DNA from: Promethearchaeota archaeon
GTDB taxonomy: Archaea > Asgardarchaeota > Lokiarchaeia > Sigyniarchaeales > SOKP01
DNA length: 64,000 nucleotides
Reading direction: 5' to 3'
Assembly: GCA_030603385.1 (NCBI GenBank)
Contig: JAUVXW010000001.1
Coordinates: 192,001 to 256,000, forward strand
In this document: piece by piece, positions 43,460-53,548 of the stretch
Position numbering within the stretch: position 1 is the stretch's first letter
Layout: each line of letters opens with the position of its first letter
Notes under the pieces: model-generated
What the model was told of the DNA's origin: nothing
The model's database searches: none
What the model saw: the letters and a program-made list of their open reading frames with translations, nothing else
Program-made: the position numbers and the translations under genes

Positions 43460-44738
43460 TATCGCATATCTAAAACGCCTATTCCGAACATATTATAAAG
43501 AGAAGAGATCAGAAATCCCCACCGTAAGTTTATTTGACAATCGAGAATTCGGTTATATTCCATGGGATAAACAAATAATAATGAAAAGACACATGAGTTT
43601 TAAAAGTCAAGATAGTATAACAAAACATTTAATTAATGAGGGGCCCAGACATGTTTATTTTAGTGGTGCTCTTTATGAACAACCAGAAATCCAAGATATG
43701 GACGGGAAAGGCTATCAGGGTTGCGATTTTATTGTTGATATTGATGTAGATCATTTTTATACTCCTTGTAAGGAAGATCATGATTTCTGGTATTGTAAGG
43801 AATGTGGAAAAAGCGGATTGGGAATGGTACATAAGTGTCCCAAATGTGGTAAATCAAAAATTAAAACATTAGCATGGATTTGTGATAAATGTTTAGATGT
43901 CGCTAAAGGAGAAATAATTAAATTGATTTATGATTTTTTAATTCCTGATTTTGGGATAAGCTTAAGCCAAATGAGGATAGCTTTTTCAGGGCATCGAGGT
44001 TATCACTTGAAAATTGAAAGTGAACAAATTAGAAATCTGTCCAGTAATGAGAGGAGGGAAATTGCAGATTATGTATCAGGAGAAAATATCTCCCTTGAAA
44101 TTTTAGGCTTACAGAAGAAGAGTGGAACTTTTTATAGTTTTTCAGGTGATACCTATGGGTGGCCAAAGAAGATTATTAGAAAAACTTATGAAATACTGAA
44201 AAAACCTAATTCAGAAATTCATGAATTGTTATCAGAAAAAGAAAAATTCGATTTTAGCGATAATTATATTAAGGGCTTTCTAAATTCTAAGCAAGATTTT
44301 ATTGATAAGATTGCTAATAATAAATACTTTATATTACCCTCAATTGAGGGTTTTGGAATGACTAATTGGAGAAAATTTTTCACAGGAATAGTTCATGAAG
44401 TTGGAGTAGAAATTGATACTCCTGTAACTATTGATATCCATAGACTGATCAGGTATCCTGGATCTTTACATGGAAAGACTGGGTTTAAAGTCCAAGAAAT
44501 ATTTCCTGATGAGCTTGATGATTTTAATCCCTTAGATGAAGTAAATGAAAAACTAGATCCAATTGTTTTTGAAAGCAAGGTGCAAACTACTCAGAAATTG
44601 GAAGTATTAGAGGCACAAGTACCAGCCACAAAAATCAAAGGGAAAACTTATGGACCTTATACTAAAGGTGAAATAATCGAAGTCCCTCATCATATTGCTA
44701 TATTCCTTTTATGCAAAGAAGTAGTAAAAACCATATAA
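43452..44738 (+). CDS. priS: DNA primase small subunit
   Basis: REFG, DID, FSGHRGYH, ID..VT.DIHRLIRYPGSLHGKTG. Confidence 0.96.
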   Translation: MSDIAYLKRLFRTYYKEKRSEIPTVSLFDNREFGYIPWDKQIIMKRHMSFKSQDSITKHLINEGPRHVYFSGALYEQPEIQDMDGKGYQGCDFIVDIDVDHFYTPCKEDHDFWYCKECGKSGLGMVHKCPKCGKSKIKTLAWICDKCLDVAKGEIIKLIYDFLIPDFGISLSQMRIAFSGHRGYHLKIESEQIRNLSSNERREIADYVSGENISLEILGLQKKSGTFYSFSGDTYGWPKKIIRKTYEILKKPNSEIHELLSEKEKFDFSDNYIKGFLNSKQDFIDKIANNKYFILPSIEGFGMTNWRKFFTGIVHEVGVEIDTPVTIDIHRLIRYPGSLHGKTGFKVQEIFPDELDDFNPLDEVNEKLDPIVFESKVQTTQKLEVLEAQVPATKIKGKTYGPYTKGEIIEVPHHIAIFLLCKEVVKTI

Positions 44739-44799
44739 GTTAAAAATTTATTTACATGAACACTAGTTTAGTATATTAAAGTGAAAAGTTTCGATATTA

Positions 44800-45468
44800 A
44801 TGGATTTAAAAAAAGATTATGAGAATCTTTATCAGCATTGGCTTAATGAATTCCAACAAGTAGATTTAACTAAATTAAATCAGAAACTTTTTGATAAATA
44901 TAGTAAACTTTTAAATTCTATTGATAATCATCAAGAAAATGGAACTGATAATATTAAATTCCAAGTATTTGAATCTTATAAAAAAAATATTAACTATTTA
45001 TACGAAGATCTTTTAAGGATGAGAGAGCTTAAAATTATCAATACCGCTCTTGCTCTTAAAGAAATTAATATTGGTAATGTTATTGAAGCTGAAAAATTAC
45101 TTTACCAAAATTTAGTAAGTTCAATTAAAGGATATAAAAAAGTAAAAGCTATTTCGATTTTTGAAGGTGGAGAAGAATTAAAAACTGAAGAAATTATTGA
45201 ATCTAAAGTTGAAATTGAACCAGAAATTGGACAATCAGAATTATCCTTAAAAGAAAAAGAATCTATTATCTCTGAAATAGCCAATGAACAAAAGACAGAA
45301 CAAGTGGATTTTACTTTATTAAGATTTGTAAGGAAAACACCACCATTAGTTGGAATTGATCTTATTAATTATGGGCCATTCGAAGAGGAGGATATTGCTT
45401 ATATTCCCTCTCAAAATGCTATTATCCTTGTATTAGAAAAATTTGCAGAAAAAGTAGAAATCCCTTAA
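44800..45468 (+). CDS. GINS subunit (Gins15-like)
   Basis: Helical A domain (R..KII), C-terminal B domain PPLVGIDLINYGPFEEEDIAYIP..NA; follows priS. Confidence 0.85.
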   Translation: MDLKKDYENLYQHWLNEFQQVDLTKLNQKLFDKYSKLLNSIDNHQENGTDNIKFQVFESYKKNINYLYEDLLRMRELKIINTALALKEINIGNVIEAEKLLYQNLVSSIKGYKKVKAISIFEGGEELKTEEIIESKVEIEPEIGQSELSLKEKESIISEIANEQKTEQVDFTLLRFVRKTPPLVGIDLINYGPFEEEDIAYIPSQNAIILVLEKFAEKVEIP

Positions 45469-45471
45469 TAA

Positions 45472-45657
45472 TCAGTTAAATTTTTTTTCAAATTCTTCTT
45501 TAAAATAGATTAATCGATATTTACCATATTTATCCATTAAAGAAAATTTTGGAGGTCTTGGATTTACCAACTGACCCTTACAGTAACGACACTTTGAATT
45601 AGGGTTTGCTAAACCGTATCTCTTACAGCTACTACACTTCTGTAAATATTTTGTCAT
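45472..45657 (-). CDS. nop10: H/ACA RNP protein Nop10
   Basis: KC..C...C..C.G...PPKFS..DKYGKYR; downstream of aIF2a. Confidence 0.92.
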   Translation of the reverse strand: MTKYLQKCSSCKRYGLANPNSKCRYCKGQLVNPRPPKFSLMDKYGKYRLIYFKEEFEKKFN

Positions 45658-45685
45658 AGGATAGTCAAATATATTAATTTAGGAT

Positions 45686-46507
45686 CTAGTCTCTTATGAA
45701 TTCAAATGTACCATTATACTGACCTGTTTTTTGTTCAATAATATCTAAAGCATCAGACAATATATTTTCTGCGTCTAAATAGTCTTTTGTTATAACTTCT
45801 AATCGGTAAAATGGTGCAGCTAAATAATTAATCGTAATATTACGAGTTAACTCTGAGTCAATGACTTTTAAAGCTTCAATTAATGATTCTTTAATTTGCT
45901 CTATTCCATTTTCTGAATTAAATGATAGCTTAACTTTCCCAGATATACTTACTGTTGAAATTTCTACATTCTCATCTACTATTTTTAATAATACCGTTCT
46001 AATTTCGTCAGTAACTCCTTCTAAATTGCTTAAAATCTCTTCTCCGTGTTCCTTCAGATTCTCTATAGCCTCCTGATAAGTATCAAAAAAATCTAAGACA
46101 GGAAATCCAATTAATTCATAAGCTTCATCGAGATTCATGTTAACTCCTTCAGTTTCTGTAAGGAATTGCAATAAATTCTCATATTTCACTGCATATTTCC
46201 ATTCTTTTAGCCTAATCTCTTTCTGAGCTGAATTTACTCTTCTTAATGACATATCGACGTGACCTTTTTCTGGATCAACGCGTAATACACGTAATACTAT
46301 TCTCTGGCCAATTCGAACAAAATTTCTTATATTCTTAATCCACCTAGAGCTTATCTCTGATATATGTATCATTCCTCTTGCTGTTTCCTCAGAATATAAG
46401 CCTTCATAGTCAACCAGATCAACGTAAACATATTGCTTTTGAACTTCAGTAACCTTTGCTATGACAAACTCCCCATCCTTTGGAAATTTTGCTCTACTTT
46501 TTACCAT
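45686..46507 (-). CDS. eif2a: Translation initiation factor 2 alpha
   Basis: S1 domain IHISEISSRWIKNIR, VLRVDPEKGHVDMSLRRV, APFYR. Confidence 0.96.
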   Translation of the reverse strand: MVKSRAKFPKDGEFVIAKVTEVQKQYVYVDLVDYEGLYSEETARGMIHISEISSRWIKNIRNFVRIGQRIVLRVLRVDPEKGHVDMSLRRVNSAQKEIRLKEWKYAVKYENLLQFLTETEGVNMNLDEAYELIGFPVLDFFDTYQEAIENLKEHGEEILSNLEGVTDEIRTVLLKIVDENVEISTVSISGKVKLSFNSENGIEQIKESLIEALKVIDSELTRNITINYLAAPFYRLEVITKDYLDAENILSDALDIIEQKTGQYNGTFEFIRD

Positions 46508-46805
46508 AATATTAAATAAATATTGTTTATTCTTTTTCTTTTTTTCAATTATTACGTTATTTAACGATCAATAGTTTTTTATTTTTATTATCTTATTCCC
46601 TTGGAGATTAGAAATAATATCAAAAAAACTTATTTGAGTTTGGTATTTGTATAAGAATTAAATTATAAGATGAAAAAGACCTTAAATTTAGTAGAATATA
46701 GAAAAAAATATAAACTCAACAACATTAAAAAATAACATCTAATGAAAATTATTTTAATTTAGAAATTTAAAATTAAAAGAAATAAATCATAATTAATAGA
46801 GGAAA

Positions 46806-48113
46806 TTGATTAAAATGGTTGATAAACCGCATTTAAATCTTGTGATCATTGGACATATCGATCATGGCAAATCTACCATGATGGGGGCGCTTCTTATCGA
46901 AACTGGAGCAGTTACTGATAGAGAGGCTCGTGAATTAGAAAAACTCGCAAAAGAATACGATAGAGATTCTTGGTCTTACGCTTTTGTTTTTGACAAGCTA
47001 AAAGAAGAACGACAGCGTGGAATCACAATTGATTTAGCTTTTAGGAAATTTGAAACCCCAAGTCGATACTTTACCATAATAGATGCTCCTGGCCACGCAG
47101 ATTTCGTCAAAAACATGATAACTGGCGCCAGTCAGGCAGATGCTGCTATACTTGTCGTCTCCGGGAAGAAAGGTGAAATGGAGGTTGGAATTGCAGCAAA
47201 TGGACAAACACGTGAACATGCATATTTAGCACAAACTTTAGGTGTAAAGCAACTTGTTGTTGCGGTAAATAAAGCTGATGTTTATGATTATAGTGAAGAT
47301 CGGTTTAATGAAGTTAAAGAATCTGTCGGTGATCTTCTAAAAAATATTGGTTTTAAACTTAAAGACGTACCTTTCGTGCCTACAAGTGGTATGGCAATGG
47401 AGAATCTTTCGAAAAAGAGCGATAAATTGTCATGGTATGATGGTCCAACCTTAATTGATGCAATTGATAACTTTACACTTCCCGAGAAACCAACTGGTAA
47501 ACCTTTAAGACTTCCGATTCAAGATTCCTATAGTATTAAGGGAACGGGTGTTGTACCTGTGGGTCGAGTAGAAACAGGTGTATTGAAGAAGGGCGATAAA
47601 ATAGTAATCATGCCAACTGGCTTCGAAGGAGAAATTAGAACTATTGAAATGCATCATGAGGAAATCTCTCAAGCTGAGCCTGGAGATAATGTTGGTATAA
47701 GCATCCGTGGAATTACCCTGCAAGATGCAGGTCGGGGAGATTGTTTAGGGCATCCTAGTGATCCTCCTACTGTAATTAACCCAAGTGGAAAATGGACGGG
47801 GCAGATAATAGTCATTTGGCACCCAACAGCCATTGCGCAGGGATACACACCTGTCGTCCATGCACACACAGCCCAAGTTGCCGCAAAGTTTGTAAGTTTA
47901 GTTAAAAAACTAGATCAGAAGACAGGGGCTGTAATAGAGGATTCCCCTAAGTTTCTTAAAAGAAATGAATCAGCTATCGTTGAGTTATCTCCAATCAAGA
48001 AAATGTGTCTCGAGAAATATAACGACTTTCCTGAAATGGGCCGATTCGCTGTACGTGATATGGGAAGAACAGCATGTGTTGGAATAGTTAAGGATATTGA
48101 CACGGGAGAATAA
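46806..48113 (+). CDS. tuf: Elongation factor 1-alpha
   Basis: GHIDHGKST, ERQRGITID, DAPGH, NKAD, GRFAVRDMG; likely start ATG 46815. Confidence 0.98.
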   Translation: MIKMVDKPHLNLVIIGHIDHGKSTMMGALLIETGAVTDREARELEKLAKEYDRDSWSYAFVFDKLKEERQRGITIDLAFRKFETPSRYFTIIDAPGHADFVKNMITGASQADAAILVVSGKKGEMEVGIAANGQTREHAYLAQTLGVKQLVVAVNKADVYDYSEDRFNEVKESVGDLLKNIGFKLKDVPFVPTSGMAMENLSKKSDKLSWYDGPTLIDAIDNFTLPEKPTGKPLRLPIQDSYSIKGTGVVPVGRVETGVLKKGDKIVIMPTGFEGEIRTIEMHHEEISQAEPGDNVGISIRGITLQDAGRGDCLGHPSDPPTVINPSGKWTGQIIVIWHPTAIAQGYTPVVHAHTAQVAAKFVSLVKKLDQKTGAVIEDSPKFLKRNESAIVELSPIKKMCLEKYNDFPEMGRFAVRDMGRTACVGIVKDIDTGE

Positions 48114-48120
48114 AGAAATC

Positions 48121-48143
48121 TTTTTTTTTTGAACTTTTTTATT
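48121..48143 (+). terminator. Oligo-T terminator after EF-1a
   Basis: T10 run plus further T tracts just after the stop codon. Confidence 0.5.
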
Positions 48144-48328
48144 TTATACTTATTTTGATTTATAGGTTTTTGTAATTTTATTGTATAATTCTGAATTTTT
48201 TTTTAAGCTATTTTTGGATTCAGCTTAGCTTTATATTGGAATATTCCCATGTTATATGAATATTATTTTAATTCTTGAAGCTTTAATCACCTTTTCTTAG
48301 TAAGAAGATTCTAATAAGAGAAGGTTGA

Positions 48329-48811
48329 TTGGAAGTTCACGCGACAAAAACAAAAATATGTTTTGTAGGGCAAAGTGGAGTTGGAAAATCTTCATTGTTA
48401 TCATTACTTCAAGGAAGGAAAATCTCAAAGAAGACAAACCCAACTGTGGGATTAGAAATAGAAGATTCTGTTTTAAATGGAAGCAAAGTTAATGTCTGGG
48501 ACTTTGGGGGTCAAGAACGTTTTAGATTCATGTGGCAAGATTTTTTGAAAGGAGCGGGATTAGCAATACTAGTATGCGACTCTACTGAAGATAGTATCGA
48601 AAAGACAAAAGAAATCTATAGAAAGTTTTCACGTTATATAGGTTCAAAAATAATTGCGATAGCAAATAAACAAGATCTTCCTGATGCTTTAAGTGCTGAA
48701 CAAGTTGAAGAAAAATTAGGTATCCCCACTTATGGAATGTCTGCGATAAGAGTAGATCTACGTGGAAGAATTAAGCGTATTTTAGAATACGAAATTGATA
48801 GTAACAAATGA
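48329..48811 (+). CDS. Arf/Ras-superfamily small GTPase
   Basis: GQSGVGKS, PTVG, WDFGGQERFRFMW, NKQD, SA. Confidence 0.9.
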   Translation: MEVHATKTKICFVGQSGVGKSSLLSLLQGRKISKKTNPTVGLEIEDSVLNGSKVNVWDFGGQERFRFMWQDFLKGAGLAILVCDSTEDSIEKTKEIYRKFSRYIGSKIIAIANKQDLPDALSAEQVEEKLGIPTYGMSAIRVDLRGRIKRILEYEIDSNK

Positions 48812-48819
48812 TTTAATAA

Positions 48820-49380
48820 TTAGAACAATTTTCCAATTAAATGTGCCAGGCGAAGACACTCTGGTAATTTAGAATCAATTGTACTCTTTTGTATTAATAA
48901 TTCTACTTCAGAAATTTCTATACCTTTTAAATGAAAATAAAGATTTGAGATTCCCCCAGCAGTTTGAATTCTAGTTTTGTATAGATTTCCAGCACTTATT
49001 ATGTAATGGATTTTTTCTCTATAATCTTCTGGAAATTTTTTAATTAGAGCATTGATAACAGAATCGAGATTAACTTTTTGATCATTAAATGCAATTATAG
49101 GTTTTTTAAATTCATTGTAAATTTGTTCAAGGCTAATGATATTGAAACCTCCAAATGTTATTGTATGAGTAAGTACATATTGGATATGTTTCTCATTTTG
49201 CCGTACAAGTTCAATTATTTTTTCAGTTGCATTATTTCCATCAATATTAATTTCTGTTCTTATTACATTTACCAGCCTAGTACCTTGGCATACAACTCCA
49301 ATCAGTTGAGTTGTCTTAAGTCCAGATTTTAAATCAAAGGTTGAATCATCTATTCCAATAGTAATAGGATTATCTTTCAT
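48820..49380 (-). CDS. DUF99 (EndoV-like) protein
   Basis: IGIDD, ITFGGFNI, PECLRLAH. Confidence 0.88.
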   Translation of the reverse strand: MKDNPITIGIDDSTFDLKSGLKTTQLIGVVCQGTRLVNVIRTEINIDGNNATEKIIELVRQNEKHIQYVLTHTITFGGFNIISLEQIYNEFKKPIIAFNDQKVNLDSVINALIKKFPEDYREKIHYIISAGNLYKTRIQTAGGISNLYFHLKGIEISEVELLIQKSTIDSKLPECLRLAHLIGKLF

Positions 49381-49384
49381 TGCA

Positions 49385-49837
49385 TTATTTCTTAGGTAGA
49401 AGTTCCTTAATATAATTGAAAAGATTAGTAAAAGCTTCTATAGCACTCTTTATCTCTTCATTTCTAATATTTAAATCTCCCCTTAAATTCTCTGATAAAT
49501 AGTTAATTATTTCATATAAAGAAACTTTTTTGCTGAGCCAGACATAGGCGACTAAGGCTTCAGCTGTATCAGCAAGATCATGTGCATCAGCTCGAGTTTT
49601 TGCGAAGTTCTTCATGTTGGCATTTTTCAACGCGTTAGCTAAAATTTTTTTACTAACTTTTACTCCAGTTCTTAAAATTTTGTTATTTGGGCTGTTTTTA
49701 GTTAAATATATCGATTTTGCCATGGAATAAGTGAGATTTACAATTCCATCTCCTATTTTTGCTAACCCTTTATCTGTCCCTATCGCTTTTTGGGATTTAT
49801 TCAGGTCTAGATCTCTAATTAAAAACTCATAATCCAT
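49385..49837 (-). CDS. Archaeal RNase III-like domain protein
   Basis: DKGLAKIGD..VN, KV..KILA.AL, AD..EAL..Y.W. Confidence 0.75.
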   Translation of the reverse strand: MDYEFLIRDLDLNKSQKAIGTDKGLAKIGDGIVNLTYSMAKSIYLTKNSPNNKILRTGVKVSKKILANALKNANMKNFAKTRADAHDLADTAEALVAYVWLSKKVSLYEIINYLSENLRGDLNIRNEEIKSAIEAFTNLFNYIKELLPKK

Positions 49838-49895
49838 TAAGGTAAGTTGAATTATGGCTTCTTATAAAGTTTGCATATAAAGATTATAAAAATAG

Positions 49896-50393
49896 TTAAG
49901 TAAGTTTTTGGAATAGTTTTTGGACCTCGATAACTTCTTCCCTTAGAGATTCAATTGCTTCAAACAAGATATCTTTGATTTTACCCTTATCAAGGCGAAT
50001 AAAGATTTGGGCTGGTACTATACCTGTTACTTTGTACGCTGCAGCGTTTACACCCTCGGTTTTTAATAAATGTTTCACGAGAATATTACAGAAATCATGT
50101 GATTGGCCTTCAATAATTAATTCGTAATCATTCTCACCAACTGTTTTAGTTAAGTTTAATTTGAGGTGCTTATAATCTGGAAATCTAGCTTCCTCTTCTA
50201 TTTCAAATTCTTCTTCTTCTTCATCAATATCAGCGTCATCTGCTGATGAAGGAACAACTTCTTTTTCTTTTTTCTCACTTAATTTAGGGTATTCACTAAT
50301 ATCATCATCAATTAGCTCATCTTCTAAATCATCTAATTCATCTTCTTCTTCTGATTTAACTGCTTTTTTCTTAGCCATTACAAAAAACACCAA
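49896..50393 (-). CDS. rpo11: RNA polymerase subunit L (Rpo11) with acidic N-terminal extension
   Basis: IEGQSHDFCNIL...GV..AAY; csl4-adjacent context. Confidence 0.8.
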   Translation of the reverse strand: MVFFVMAKKKAVKSEEEDELDDLEDELIDDDISEYPKLSEKKEKEVVPSSADDADIDEEEEEFEIEEEARFPDYKHLKLNLTKTVGENDYELIIEGQSHDFCNILVKHLLKTEGVNAAAYKVTGIVPAQIFIRLDKGKIKDILFEAIESLREEVIEVQKLFQKLT

Positions 50394-50467
50394 ATAATTA
50401 GGAATTTATAATATAAAATATTTAAAATAAAATAAAATTTTTATGGTTTTGTAAGAAAAGTCAATTC

Positions 50468-50686
50468 TTATAGATATTGATTTGCAAGGTTTTTTAATCT
50501 TTCAGTTGCTAGATTTTGAAGATCTCGTGAACCAAATAAAGTAATCTTTATGTTTTTTCCCTCAACTCTCGCATTTAAATTGAGATAATTTATCTTTTTT
50601 TGCACATTTTCAAGGAATTCAATAACATTGTCTAAAGAACCACTATTATTATAGAAATGAATGACTTTTTTACCTACTTTTTTCAA
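50468..50686 (-). CDS. Small hypothetical protein (possibly DUF2067-like N-terminal domain)
   Basis: Co-oriented between csl4 and rpoL; IKITLFG motif. Confidence 0.5.
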   Translation of the reverse strand: MKKVGKKVIHFYNNSGSLDNVIEFLENVQKKINYLNLNARVEGKNIKITLFGSRDLQNLATERLKNLANQYL

Positions 50687-50751
50687 ATCTAAACACTTTA
50701 CAATATATATAATGGTTGCTATAAAATAATTTTAAGTTAAGTTAAAAAAAA

Positions 50752-51363
50752 TTAAAATCTTAAAGGTTCAGAAACATTCCTATAGTCATTTGCCATTTTT
50801 CTCGTCTCGGTGTTCCCACATCTTTCACATCTTAACTTATTATAACCAATTTTATCCAGAGGTGTTCCACAAATAACACAATCTGCATAAATTACACCAA
50901 GATCATTCCTGCTTGTACTTAAATTAAATTCGTTATAATTTAAGCTGATTACACGAGCTCTTATAATATCAGTAATTTGAAATGCATCTTGTATTTTTTC
51001 AATAAATCTATCTGAGATTTGAGAGACATGAATGTTACCAAAATAGCTTGAATTAAAATGAATTTTCTGATTTATCGTGTAAAAATTTGTACCAACTGAA
51101 TACTGCCGTAAAAATAAAATAGGACCAATAACGATATCTCCAATTTTTACAGTTTTTCGGTCTTTTTCTTGATGAGTTTTTATTTCAATTTTTCTTTTTT
51201 CATTGTCAATATCAATAAATCCTGATTTAGTCGCATAAATTTGTCCATCTTTAACAAAGGTTGATTGCTTATCAGGCAGAAACTCCTCAACGACTCCAAG
51301 ATACTGACCTGTGAGAACCAGATCGTCATTTTTTAAAGATTTTTTATCCAAAAGTATCAACAC
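50752..51363 (-). CDS. csl4: Exosome RNA-binding subunit Csl4
   Basis: G..LG..EEF, S1 domain IHVSQI...DIIRARV, LGVIYADC..CG...C..CG..E.RK. Confidence 0.93.
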   Translation of the reverse strand: MLILLDKKSLKNDDLVLTGQYLGVVEEFLPDKQSTFVKDGQIYATKSGFIDIDNEKRKIEIKTHQEKDRKTVKIGDIVIGPILFLRQYSVGTNFYTINQKIHFNSSYFGNIHVSQISDRFIEKIQDAFQITDIIRARVISLNYNEFNLSTSRNDLGVIYADCVICGTPLDKIGYNKLRCERCGNTETRKMANDYRNVSEPLRF

Positions 51364-51465
51364 TAATCTTTTAATTTCCCAATTTCTTTCTTTATTAAGA
51401 AAATATTATTAAATAAAATAAATAAATTTAATGTATTAGTCATAAAAGAGTAAATATTTTTACGG

Positions 51466-52116
51466 ATGAAAATCAACAAAAAAGAATTAATCTCTATCAT
51501 CCAAAACACTGAAACATTTACTAAACCTAAAATTGAATTGGAACAATATTGCATTGATGCAATTAGTGCTGTTGATATTATATTATTCGCCGGTTTAGAA
51601 TATAATGATATTAATAATAAATTTATTGTTGATCTTGGCTCAGGAACAGGAAGATTATCTATAGCAAGTGCTTACTTAAAAGCGAATTCAGTTTTAAGTG
51701 TTGATATAGATTTTAACGCTTTAAATGTTTTAAAAAAGAATATACATGCCCTGAGATTAGAAAATATCATATTTCCTTTATGTACTGATGTAGGTAATCT
51801 TGAATTTTCAAAGAAGCACTTCTTCAATAATTTAAAAATCACTACTATAATGAATCCTCCTTTTGGAGTTAAAAAAAGAGCTGCTGATCGTATTTTTTTA
51901 GAAAAAGCTTTCTCTTTTTCAAATGTGGTTTATTCTATTCATCTAGCTGGAGACAAGGTTTTTAGATTTATCTCTAAGTTTTGTGAGAGATTTAATTGGC
52001 ATATTGATAATTTCTTTCCTTATAATTTGAGTCTAAAAAGAACCTTTCAATTTCACACAAAAAAAACTAAATATATTAATGTCAATGTATTTAGGTTTTT
52101 AAAAAATAGAATATAA
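51466..52116 (+). CDS. METTL5-family RNA methyltransferase
   Basis: PKIELEQY, DLGSGTG, MNPPFG, AD..FL, VYSIH, FH. Confidence 0.92.
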   Translation: MKINKKELISIIQNTETFTKPKIELEQYCIDAISAVDIILFAGLEYNDINNKFIVDLGSGTGRLSIASAYLKANSVLSVDIDFNALNVLKKNIHALRLENIIFPLCTDVGNLEFSKKHFFNNLKITTIMNPPFGVKKRAADRIFLEKAFSFSNVVYSIHLAGDKVFRFISKFCERFNWHIDNFFPYNLSLKRTFQFHTKKTKYINVNVFRFLKNRI

Positions 52117-52137
52117 ATTTATTAAATAATTAAATTC

Positions 52138-53442
52138 TTATTGAAATTTCTTCCATGAGTCTAAATTTTTAGGGTAAATCGCCTTACTTTCTAGCAGTTC
52201 CTCAATTCTTAGCAATTGATTGAACTTGCATGTTCGATCTGATCTACATGTAGCTCCTGTTTTAAGCTGCCCTGTACAAAGTCCAACTGCTAAATCTGCA
52301 ATGAAGGGATCCTCAGTTTCTCCAGAACGGTGAGATACCATAACATTAAATCCATTATTGAAGGACATTTTACACGCATTTATAGCTTCTGTAAGAGAAC
52401 CGATTTGATTCACTTTCAGTAATAAAGCATTTCCCGCTTTTTCATTTATAGCTTTTTCTAAGATTTTTATATTAGTTACCGTTAAATCATCGTCTACAAC
52501 TTGCATTGTTTTATCAATTTTAGCAGTTAAATTTGTAAAACTTCTAAAATCTTTCTCGTCAAATGGATCCTCAATTGATTTAAATGGGTAATCCCGAACT
52601 AAATCGAGATAATATTGTAATAACTCTTCTTCACTTAGTTTTTTTCCATCAATGTTATAAATGCCATCTTCATAAAATTCACTCGCTGCCGCATCCATTC
52701 CTAAAACAAAATCAGTGCCCATTAAAAATCCTGCTTCTTCGATTGCTTCAATTATAATATCAACAGCTTCGGATGTTAAAGATAAGTTCGGGGCGAAACC
52801 TCCTTCATCTCCAACATTAATCGCGGAGGGGCCATACTTTTTAGCTAATAAGGTTTTTAATGTTTGGTATACTTCAGCTACATTCTGTATAGCTTCTGAG
52901 AATGATTTAGCGCCTATGGGTAGAACCATAAATTCCTGGATTGATATATTATTTCCCGCATGTTTTCCTCCATTGATAATATTACAAGATGGCAATGGTA
53001 AGAGATAATCTTGTCTTGTCTTATTGAATGCTAATTTATGAATATGAGCAAATAATGGTATTTCGGATAAATTTGCAGCTAGCTTAGCAACTGCTAATGA
53101 AACAGACAATATAGCATTAGCTCCTAAATTACTCTTATTTTCAGTTCCATCAATGATTATCATTTCTTCATCAATTTTTGACTGTTCTCGTACATCAAAA
53201 CCTAACAGTTTTTTACTTAGTATCTCATTGACATTAGATACTGCTTTTGTGACGTGTTTACCTTTAAAAGCTTTGCCACCGTCTCGTAGTTCAAGTGCTT
53301 CTAAAACACCAGTAGATGCCCCAGAAGGAACTGCTGCTCTTGCATATATTTTTCCTGCATAAACCTCTGATTCCACAGTGGGATTTCCTCGTGAATCTAA
53401 AATCCATCTTGACTTTATATTTGTTATTTTGAATTCAGTCAT
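52138..53442 (-). CDS. eno: Enolase
   Basis: DSRGNPTVE, PSGASTG, NGGKH, GDEGG, LLKVNQIG, SHRSGETED. Confidence 0.98.
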   Translation of the reverse strand: MTEFKITNIKSRWILDSRGNPTVESEVYAGKIYARAAVPSGASTGVLEALELRDGGKAFKGKHVTKAVSNVNEILSKKLLGFDVREQSKIDEEMIIIDGTENKSNLGANAILSVSLAVAKLAANLSEIPLFAHIHKLAFNKTRQDYLLPLPSCNIINGGKHAGNNISIQEFMVLPIGAKSFSEAIQNVAEVYQTLKTLLAKKYGPSAINVGDEGGFAPNLSLTSEAVDIIIEAIEEAGFLMGTDFVLGMDAAASEFYEDGIYNIDGKKLSEEELLQYYLDLVRDYPFKSIEDPFDEKDFRSFTNLTAKIDKTMQVVDDDLTVTNIKILEKAINEKAGNALLLKVNQIGSLTEAINACKMSFNNGFNVMVSHRSGETEDPFIADLAVGLCTGQLKTGATCRSDRTCKFNQLLRIEELLESKAIYPKNLDSWKKFQ

Positions 53443-53548
53443 AAATATCCTATAAGTTTTTTTTTTTAGATATGAATATTAATAAGGAATTAAGGAAATT
53501 TAATTCTTAATATAATCTATTAAAAGTTAAATTCATCTATTAAAAAAT

